NCBI GenBank assembly: GCA_964455295.1
Contig: CAYVXG010000003.1
Span: 8,612 to 44,909, forward strand
Direction of reading: 5' to 3'
DNA: 36,298 nucleotides
From: an uncultured Candidatus Peribacteria bacterium
Lineage (GTDB): Bacteria > Patescibacteriota > Gracilibacteria > Absconditabacterales > Absconditicoccaceae
Made by a program: the position numbers and the translations under genes. Position 1 is the stretch's first letter. Each line of letters opens with the position of its first letter. Below are positions 9,927 to 17,833 of the stretch, piece by piece. The notes below the pieces were generated by a model. The model was not told the DNA's origin. It was given only the letters and a program-made list of their open reading frames with translations, and did not search any database.

Positions 9927-11648
9927 ATGAATTCTGAACAAATAAAAAAATATCATAAAGATATATATGAACAATTTTATTTAGTTCATGATATTGTATT
10001 ATCTTCTCCTTTTATAATTAATTGGTCTTGAGATGTTCGTAATAACGATAACAGAGTAAGCATTAAACAAAAAATTCCCTTTCGTATGTATATAGGGTGA
10101 AAAAAAATAAAAGAAAAGGGAATAAGATTATGAGAGATACAAGAATATAATCCTCTTACTAATACCTTTGCTATTTGCAATCCTGATGCATACTTGTCTT
10201 ATGACCAAGAGGTACTTAATGCTCTTAATGAAAATTTCCCTATTGATTATGGATTAGAGATATCAATTTTGACTGAACTTCCAAAATCTTTTGGGATGTC
10301 GTTTACTACTGTTTTTACTTCACTCATATTCTTGCTCTGTGAACTATTCACTGGGAAGCTCGACTCGGAAAAATTAATAGAGGGTATCAAGGGAGAAATC
10401 TCAGATCAAACAAATCTTTATCTTAAGGAACAATTTTCTAATCCCTTCCAGTTAAAACTGAAAGGAGTTGGTAAAATTGGTTATTCTACTAAGATTACTT
10501 CACTATTTGAGGGGGATTTCCCAGTTATAGGATTTAGAACTCCAAAAAATGTTTTTTATGGTTTTAGAATGAATGAAGTATTCAAAAGCAATGCTCCTAA
10601 ATATAATTTACCAATAGATTATGCTATAGTATATAGTGGAAAGTCTTCTAATCTAGAAACTATTGATGGTATTAATACTCATCAAAATGATTGGAATGAT
10701 AAAATGAAATTTTTATTTGAGCCGCTTTTTGCGGATCTATTTACTCACCATGATATCGATCCTTATCCTCAGTTCTATAACCTTTTTCTTGCGGAGTCAT
10801 CAGAAAATATTCATGATATTTACAGTAAGGTTATGTGATCTATAAGTATTGAGATTTTATATGGATTCTATAAGGTGCTACAACCCTCAGCTTCCTTTGA
10901 TGAAGCTTCACCATTATTAGGATCTTTACAAAAGATTATGTTGGGAAATAGACTTACAAGAAAAAATGACTATCATATTATTGACTTTATGGATGAGATC
11001 AGAAAAATCTTTAAAGATATAAAACATGCTATTTTTCCAAATGATAGTACAATTTCTTCGGGCTGTGCTGTAGTAGCTTCCTTGAATGGTTATGAAAAAT
11101 GAAGATTTGATCAAGTTAATGATTTAGCCCAGTCTTTTGGAGGAGGGACGTATTACTCAAGCTGGATCGATTGAACTGAGAAAAAATGATTAATTATAGA
11201 ACAATTTTTAAGTAAAGGGATTATGTCTTCAAGGGTAAAGAAAAATGATTGTATCAAAGGTAAAAAATCTGCTTGAGTTTTGTTGTTGTATGAAAATCTT
11301 CAAGAAGCTATTAAACTAAATGATATATGTGTAGATATGATTCATTCTAAAATATATATAAATTGAGACGCTACTACTAGTAATGAACTTTCGACTCAAT
11401 GATTTACATGCGTATTGCTTAATCAAATTATATTATCTCCTTCAGAGAAAATATTCTCTAAAGAATTACCTGCTTCTTCATACGCAAAAAATAAAAGCGA
11501 ATTTATGGGAAAAATTATTTATCCCCTTATTAAAGTAATAAAAGAGAGAACTGGAAAAGAACTTAACGTTCAATGCGATGGAAGTGGAGCAAATTATCAT
11601 TGTAGTATGGATTTTGCAGATTTAAGTGTAGTTATCATAGGGGAATAA
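9927..11648 (+). CDS. GHMP-kinase-like protein with degenerate motifs and a C-terminal OmpR/PhoB-type winged-helix-like segment (tentative)
   Basis: Track ORFs 10194-10838, 10875-11102 and 11415-11648 plus upstream sequence from ATG 9927 are one frame (573 aa, about 10 TGA). N-terminal SSPFIINWS[G]DV resembles GHMP motif I. LPKSFGMSFTT resembles a degraded motif II. The C-terminal ICVDMIHSKIYIN[G]D..ELSTQ[G]FTCVLLNQIIL..EKIFSKEL....GKIIYPLIKVIKERTG fits the trans_reg_C pattern. Confidence 0.6.
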
Positions 11649-11786
11649 TTACTCCTTATCCTCTTAATATATGAAATAATTAAAAATTAATACAACATTG
11701 GCAAGTAAGTATACTACCTAATATCATTTAAAGTTTATAAAAAATTATCACTTCTATTATATTTTTTTAAGATTATAATTCATAAT

Positions 11787-12287
11787 ATGAATAATGTAGC
11801 TTATATTGATGGACAAAATCTATATCTCTGAACACAAACTGAGTGATGGACTATCGATCTAAAAAAATTTAGAGTATACTTGAAAGATAAATTTGATATA
11901 CAAGAAGCATATTATTTTCTTTGATACTTATCAGATGAGACGCAAGATCTTTATAGCACTCTACAAAAAGCAGGATTTATAGTTTTCTTTAGAGAGCATA
12001 CTTCTGCTTTAAAAGGTAAGAAGAAAGGAAATGTAGATGTAGATATTGTATTTGAAGTAATGAGAAGAATAATAGAGGAGAAAGATTTTGATAAGATTGT
12101 TTTAGTATCAGGTGATGGAGATTATATAAAGCTTGTAAAATATCTTATTTTAAAAAATTTATTAAAGAAAATACTATTTCCTAATAACAATAACTCTTCT
12201 TTATACAACAAACTAGGTAATAAATACTACTCTTACTTAGGAGATATAAAAAGCAAAATTTCATATAATAAAAAAAGGGGATCTTAA
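11787..12287 (+). CDS. NYN-domain (LabA-like, PIN-fold) putative ribonuclease
   Basis: ATG 11787 to TAA 12285-12287, with 3 in-frame TGA. N-terminal AYIDGQNLYL and C-terminal IVLVSGDGDY are the two NYN/LabA signature blocks. TATAAT at 11774-11779 ends 7 nt before the ATG, so the mRNA may be leaderless. Confidence 0.75.
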
Positions 12288-12384
12288 TGCACCTGCACAT
12301 TTCAGAACCCTTTCGTGGTAATACTATACTAGTATAATAAAATTTATAAAATAATCAAGTTCTTATAACTACAATATTATAAAC

Positions 12385-13197
12385 CTACCCCAACAAATTC
12401 TTCCTCACTATTTCCACATCTTCTTTATAGGTAATCCCATATCGATTATCTTGAGCAATAAGAACTTCACACTCGAGAGAAAATTTCTTGATGAGTCGAT
12501 TGCAGTACAGACCAATATAGTATTCCTCTCATTCTTTGGCTGTAAGTTGCCATTTTTCAAACTCAGACTTGAGGTGAAGGAGAGTATGATCATGAAACAT
12601 CCAGAAATTCATGCTGGCGATAGATTGAGGATCAATGTTTTTTCCGTCTCTATCTTGTAAACCATCTGGAGTGCGAGTAATTCAGAATGTTTCCGTGATG
12701 GATTGAAGGTGATTGTCCTCTATAGTACAGATTCCTCTATTTACGCTTCCATTTTCACTGAGGGTTTTTTCTAGAATATACCCTATCATACCAAAAGTAT
12801 CTACCTTGCAATTTTCTAGTCGTCTGGAGGCTTGTTGCATACTATCAGCTCCGTAATAATCATCTGCATTGATAAGAAGACAGGGAGAGTGAAGAACTGG
12901 GAGAACACAAGAGAGTGCATGACCTGTTCCTCGAGGCTTAGTTCTTGGTTCTTCTATTTCTTGATATACATATTCTGTGTTTAAGATATCTTTATAGGTA
13001 TTTCAGATTATATTTTTAAAATCTTCTTCAATTTCTTTACGGATGATGTAGATGACATCAGTAAATCCTGCATGAATAGCATCTTGAAGTGTGAAATCTA
13101 GTAATGTTTCACCCTTATCTCCTATTCTTGCGATTTGCTTAATTCATCCAAATCTACTACCCATCCCAGCGGCAAGAATAATCAATGTTTTCTGCAT
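12385..13197 (-). CDS. sugar-phosphate nucleotidyltransferase (NTP_transferase family)
   Basis: Minus-strand ATG at 13195-13197 to TAG at 12385-12387 (270 aa, 4 TGA). N-terminus [17 protein letters not shown][G]IKQ, and LLINADDYYG. The start overlaps the lepA stop (TAATG). Track ORFs 12408-12593 and 12451-12660 are fragments or antisense. Confidence 0.8.
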
Positions 13198-14597
13198 TAT
13201 CTTTTCATCATATTGATAAATATATCGTTTGGTATACTCACTTTTCCGATTTCTTTCATTTTTTTCTTGCCTTCTTTTTGTTTTTCCAAAAGTTTTCTTT
13301 TTCTACTGATGTCCCCTCCATAACATTTGGCGAGTACATCTTTTTTGATAGCAGAAATAGTTTCTCTTGCGATAACCTTAGATCCAAAAGCTGCTTGAAT
13401 AGCAATACTAAACAAATGTTTAGGAATAAGTTCCTTGAGTTTTTCGCAAATCTCTATTCCTATCTCAAATCCTTTGGGTTCGTACACTACCATACTGAAA
13501 GCTTCCACTACTTCCCCAGCAATCAAAATATCAAGTTTTGCTAGATCGCCAACTCTGTAGGTTTTGAACTCGTAATTCATAGTTGCGTAGCCCTTTGTGA
13601 GTGATTTTAATTGGTCATAAAAATCAATAATAATCTCTCCGAGTGGCATTTCATATTTTCGTATTACTCTGTCGTCATTGAGAAATTCTGTTCCCTTGAG
13701 GATTCATCTAGCATTATTGCATAGCCCTGATATATTACCATAATATTCTGAAGGACCTACGACTTCCACCTCTGCGATTGGCTCAAGTATTTCGGCTACA
13801 TCGCCATTTGGTGGCATATCTCCTCCAGATCTCACGATCAACCAATCTTTCAAGATTTCTGCATATGTTTCTCTCACATAGTGAGGATCTTCGTTCATAA
13901 TTTCAATATTCGGATTCTTATATTTGAGAACAAATTTTCGTAAACCAGTAGCAATAAGATCGTCAATGTTCACTCCTGTTTTTACCGATTCATGTTTGAA
14001 ATTCTTGAGTCTTACGACGTATACTACATTGGGAATAGTGAAAATAGTCTGAATATTATATTCTCTTTCCAGTCTTTCCTTGACAATATCCATATGAAGC
14101 ATACCCAAGAATCCACAACGGAAACCGAATCCCATGGCTTTATTGTTTTCATACTCATATTCGATTGAAGAATCATTGATAGAAAGTTTTTCAAAAGAAT
14201 CTCTGAGTTTTTCAAATTCATTATTTGCTACAGGATATACTCATGCAAATACATAGGGTTTGATTTTACGAAAACCAGGAATTGCATAGGGGAGCAGAAG
14301 TTCAAAATCATTGTTGTAATTTACCCCGTCGATCAAAGTATCCCCAATTTTGATATCTCTTACAGACTTTGCACCTGTCACGATATAACCAATTTCCCCA
14401 GTATTGAGGCTTTTTACGATTTTATAGTTAGGATTGAAGTAGCCAACTTCAGTGATGGTAATTTTTCTTTCTGAATGGATAAGTGAGATTTGTTGATTAC
14501 CAAAAAACTGTCATTCCACAACTTTCACATAAGCAACCACGCCTTTGTAAGGATCATATACACAATCAAAGATAAGAGCTTTGGAAATAGTACTCAA
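13197..14597 (-). CDS. lepA: elongation factor 4 (LepA) lacking the entire N-terminal GTPase domain (5'-truncated; start codon uncertain, possibly TTG at 14595-14597)
   Basis: Fragments 13197-13649 and 13704-14135 plus upstream sequence are one frame (3 TGA, e.g. YVFA[G]VYP). Homology begins at [21 protein letters not shown] (about 14582), which corresponds to domain II. It continues through [26 protein letters not shown] to the LepA C-terminal domain ([24 protein letters not shown]). An in-frame TAA at 14622-14624 closes the frame upstream. No G1-G4 motifs occur in any frame of 14598-14785. Confidence 0.8.
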
Positions 14598-14735
14598 ATT
14601 GCTAATATTAGTGGTTAAAAATTATATTTTAAAATCTGCAAAGATATATTGAAATTGCCTGCTTTTTCAAGTAAGTACTTTTATCCTCCTGCGTTAATTA
14701 AAAGTTTTTTTATTTACATTTGTCAATAGAAGATA

Positions 14736-14762
14736 AAAATCTCACCATAAAGATGAGATTTT
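14736..14762 (-). terminator. rho-independent terminator of the pilin-like gene
   Basis: aaaatctca (14736-14744) pairs with tgagatttt (14754-14762). The loop is 9 nt. The minus-strand reading is followed by TTTTTATCTTCT. Confidence 0.7.
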
Positions 14763-14785
14763 ATTATTGTAATTCAAAGATCAGA

Positions 14786-15241
14786 TTATTGAGTGTTTGT
14801 AATCAAGTTGATAACCCAGAATACGAAACTTACAAGTAACCAAGAGATACCAATCATGATAAGTCCGATACCAGCTTGTCTCAATATTGTGGATCCATCA
14901 CCGTAAGCTTTAGCGTCTCCAGCAGCAGTAAGCATTTTGAATCCAGCATAAAGACAGATGATCAAAGCAATAAGAGCTAATAATCCAAGTACCCAGTTGA
15001 TAGCGATTTTAACTGCGGCGATTAAACCTCCAGCTCCACCAGTATCAGCTTGACCTGCTTTAGCAACTCCTACTCCAGCTGCAGAGTCAGTTGTCTTAGT
15101 AAAGGTATTATTTCCATCAGTAGGTTGAGTGAATCCGCCAGCATTTCCTGCTCCACCATTGGCAAATGCAAATCCAAATAATCCTACAACTGCTACACTA
15201 GCAAGGAGCAATTGGGTACTAATTTTTTTTACGAGTTTCAT
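14786..15241 (-). CDS. T4SS-type pilin-like protein (TrbC/VirB2 superfamily, CPR/Gram-positive type)
   Basis: 151-aa ORF with no TGA. Signal peptide MKLVKKISTQLLLASVAVVGLFGFAFA, then a Gly/Ala/Thr-rich spacer, then two hydrophobic helices separated by a short polar loop (INWVLGLLALIALIICLYAGFKMLTAAGDAKAYGDGSTILRQAGIGLIMIGISWLLVSFVFWVI). This is the characteristic VirB2/T4SS-pilin layout. Confidence 0.6.
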   Translation of the reverse strand: MKLVKKISTQLLLASVAVVGLFGFAFANGGAGNAGGFTQPTDGNNTFTKTTDSAAGVGVAKAGQADTGGAGGLIAAVKIAINWVLGLLALIALIICLYAGFKMLTAAGDAKAYGDGSTILRQAGIGLIMIGISWLLVSFVFWVINLITNTQ

Positions 15242-15288
15242 TGTTTTTATGAATAATAAATAATAAAGTGTTTAATAAATACATTACT

Positions 15289-15317
15289 ATTATAATAACA
15301 TTCTTATTAAAATGCAA
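15289..15317 (-). promoter_or_regulatory. sigma70-type promoter of the pilin-like gene
   Basis: On the minus strand: TTGCAT (15312-15317), a 17-nt spacer, then TATAAT (15289-15294). The leader to ATG 15241 is about 40 nt. Confidence 0.65.
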
Positions 15318-15468
15318 ATTTATTGTACTCTTTTCATTATTTTTTTTCGTAATATCAAAAAAACGCCTACAAAAAGCGTAAATATTAATAGTATCAAATC
15401 TGTAGATTGATAGTTTTTGCAAGCATTTTGATAATAACTACTAAAAAACTCTCGTTTAATCTAGACTA

Positions 15469-15696
15469 TTATGCATCAATAACTTTGTTTTTTGATTTAA
15501 CTTTAATGGTAAGAACTTGTTTTCCATTATAAAACCCACATGCTTCGCAAACTCTATGAGGATATCTGGGAGCGTTACAGTTTTCACACTTTACAGCATG
15601 ATACTTAGCAACTAATCTTACGATATTCAAAGTTTGCCATTTGCTATGTCTTACGTGTTTTTTGAATAGGGATATTCTCTTCTTTGGAGCTAACAT
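15469..15696 (-). CDS. rpmF: 50S ribosomal protein L32
   Basis: MLAPKKRISLFKKHVRHSKWQ...CENCNAPRYPHRVCEACGFYNGKQV, with a CxxC...CxxC zinc ribbon. ATG 15694-15696 is preferred over the track's TTG at 15711. Confidence 0.9.
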   Translation of the reverse strand: MLAPKKRISLFKKHVRHSKWQTLNIVRLVAKYHAVKCENCNAPRYPHRVCEACGFYNGKQVLTIKVKSKNKVIDA

Positions 15697-15770
15697 TGAT
15701 AATAGTAACAATATAATAAAATATTTTATATTCAGATTTTAGTAGAGTAGGCGGTCGAGGAGTAAACTAA

Positions 15771-16055
15771 TTACGCTACATTTGGTACTACATGAGCAAA
15801 AGTAGTAAGATATACTCTTCCATTAAAATTTGTGATCTTCTTTTTAGTGAATTTCACAACCCCATCTATTGATGAATGAATTGTCCAATCTCTTCCAAGA
15901 TAGGTATTTTCACCACATCTATATTTAGTTCCTTTTTGTCTGATAATAATATTTCAAGCTTTTGCAACTTGACCTCAAAATAACTTTACACCACGATATT
16001 TTGGATTACTGGTCCATAGATTCTCTGCTTTTCCAGCGGCCTTTACGGTAGACAT
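15771..16055 (-). CDS. rpmA: 50S ribosomal protein L27
   Basis: ATG 16053-16055 to TAA 15771-15773 (94 aa). It is missed by the track because of 2 TGA. The sequence ...RGVKLF[G]GQVAKA[G][35 protein letters not shown] matches the L27 core, with both TGA on conserved Gly. Confidence 0.9.
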
Positions 16056-16088
16056 TTATTTAAATTAATACTAAATAGTTAATCACGA

Positions 16089-16116
16089 TATATAATTAAT
16101 TATCAGTTCATTGCAA
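16089..16116 (-). promoter_or_regulatory. candidate promoter of rpmA
   Basis: On the minus strand: TTGCAA (16111-16116), a 16-nt spacer, then TATATA (16089-16094). Confidence 0.45.
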
Positions 16117-16131
16117 GAGAACTTAGCATAT

Positions 16132-17739
16132 TTATTTCTTTTTCTTTGAACCTTTTACTTTCATAACTGGATTTTCAATTTCACTAAGATCTGTAATTTC
16201 CTTAATCTGCGAAGTTGGTTCAAAAATCTCTATCAGTTCTTCTTTCAGATCATCTTCATCATCATAGCCATTATAAAAATGTTTCAAGAAAGGTTTTTTA
16301 TTCACCGTTTTTTCTATATTTTTCATGAGAAGCCCATAATCTCCAGATTTTGGATAGACATAGGTAACAGGATCAAGTAGCCCTGTTGGTCTGATTATTT
16401 GTTCCGCAATGGTTTCAGAACGTTCAAGTTCAAAAGGAGCTGGGGTAGCGGAAACATAGAGAGTTTTTGCTTTTGTTTTGATATGTTTATGGAGATTCTT
16501 AGAAAGCTTTTTGAGTTCCCTTTCTTCTGCTGATAAAGCTTCTTCAGCTTCATTGTGATCTCGCCCAAGTATGGCTTTAACTTCATGAAATCCAAGAGGT
16601 CTATGTTCCAAAGCACTGGGGAGACGGAATCCATGATTTACCAGACTATGTTTTCTGGTCTTATCTGCCGAAGGCATTCCCTGTAATTGTGGTACAGACA
16701 TATGTGATTCGTCCATGATAATAAGCATATCATCAGGGAAGTAATCAAAAATCGTGTTTGGAGTATCTCCCCAATTACGTTTTTCAAAATACATGCTATA
16801 ATTTTCTATTCCATTTACAAATCCAGTTTCTTTGATCATTCTGATATCAAACATGGTTCTTTTTTGTAATCTATTCGCCTCAAGGTCTTTTCCTTGAGAG
16901 AGTAATTCTTTTACTCTATCGTTCATCTCTGACTCTATCTGAATCAGAATATTTTGCATATCTGAAGTATCTTGTATGTACTGTGTTGCAGGCCAAATCC
17001 ACACATCAGGAAGGGAAGTGTTTCCGATAGTTTCCCAAGTCAGACTATCTTTTTTTTCTATATATTCGAGTTTTTCATCTGTAAAATGAAGTCTATAGAC
17101 AATTTTTTCTGTGGAGGAGAAAATATCTCGCATATCACCTCTCACATCAAAGGTTCCCGCTTCAAGTGCTTGAGAGCTCTTTACGGGTTCATATCTCATA
17201 TCGATGAGTTTTTTTTTGAGTTCTTTGTGCATAATTCTGTCTCCCACACTGAGATGGAGGGAATATTCACGGAAAAAGTCCTTATCTCCGAGCCCATAGA
17301 GTGCTGAAACAGAACTTACTACGATGGTATCCTTTCTTTCCAGTAAGGAAGCCATAGTACTCAGTCTATACATCTCTATTTCAGAATTTACGGTTGCTTC
17401 CTTTTCGATATAAATATCTCTATCAGAAAGATAAGATTCTGGCTGATAATAATCAAAATAGGATACGAAATAATGTACAGCGTTATCAGGAAAAAAGTAT
17501 TTAAACTCGGTTGCTAATTGAGCAGCGAGTGTTTTATTGTGAGAAATAACTAAGGTGGGAACTTGAAGTTTTTGAATAATATTTGCCATGGTAAAGGTTT
17601 TACCAGTTCCTGTAGCTCCCAAAAGGGTAATTTGTTTTTGACCAGCTGTAAAACCTTCTACAATAGTCTTAATTGCTTTGGGTTGATCTCCAGAAGGAGA
17701 GTAGGCAGACTGTAATTCAAATTTTTTCATATCTTTCAT
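16132..17739 (-). CDS. uvrB: excinuclease ABC subunit B lacking the C-terminal helicase domain (domain 3, motifs IV-VI) and the UvrC-binding tail
   Basis: 535-aa ORF with no TGA. The N-terminal two thirds are well conserved: PSGDQPKAI, LLGATGTGKTFTMANII, HNKTLAAQL, YFVSYFDYYQPE, GIENYS, IIMDESHMSVPQ, GFRLPSALEHRPL, YVSATP, IRPTGLLDP (16369-16395). The last ~78 residues are acidic/Lys-rich with no helicase motif (no LVTTLTK, LHS, GINLLREGLD or GRAAR). Confidence 0.85.
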   Translation of the reverse strand: MKDMKKFELQSAYSPSGDQPKAIKTIVEGFTAGQKQITLLGATGTGKTFTMANIIQKLQVPTLVISHNKTLAAQLATEFKYFFPDNAVHYFVSYFDYYQPESYLSDRDIYIEKEATVNSEIEMYRLSTMASLLERKDTIVVSSVSALYGLGDKDFFREYSLHLSVGDRIMHKELKKKLIDMRYEPVKSSQALEAGTFDVRGDMRDIFSSTEKIVYRLHFTDEKLEYIEKKDSLTWETIGNTSLPDVWIWPATQYIQDTSDMQNILIQIESEMNDRVKELLSQGKDLEANRLQKRTMFDIRMIKETGFVNGIENYSMYFEKRNWGDTPNTIFDYFPDDMLIIMDESHMSVPQLQGMPSADKTRKHSLVNHGFRLPSALEHRPLGFHEVKAILGRDHNEAEEALSAEERELKKLSKNLHKHIKTKAKTLYVSATPAPFELERSETIAEQIIRPTGLLDPVTYVYPKSGDYGLLMKNIEKTVNKKPFLKHFYNGYDDEDDLKEELIEIFEPTSQIKEITDLSEIENPVMKVKGSKKKK

Positions 17740-17771
17740 AGTAAGTACTTCATATCAAAATGCAATAATAT

Positions 17772-17800
17772 TTGACAAATACTCTAGCCATGAATATAAT
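17772..17800 (+). promoter_or_regulatory. consensus sigma70 promoter
   Basis: TTGACA (17772-17777), a 17-nt spacer, then TATAAT (17795-17800). It lies 33 nt upstream of ATG 17834. Confidence 0.75.
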
Positions 17801-17833
17801 TACTTAGTGCATATTTATCTCATTTACCAGATA

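Noticed and set aside
12408-13544. Track ORFs 12408-12593 (-), 12451-12660 (+), 13135-13323 (+) and 13185-13544 (+) could be independent small genes.
   Set aside because: They are replaced by the table-25 nucleotidyltransferase ORF (12385-13197, minus strand) and the lepA 3' region. The + strand ORFs are antisense artefacts.
15355-15385. aacgcctacaaaaagcgt downstream of rpmF could be its terminator.
   Set aside because: The stem is only about 4 bp (acgc/gcgt) with a long A-rich loop, which is too weak to call.
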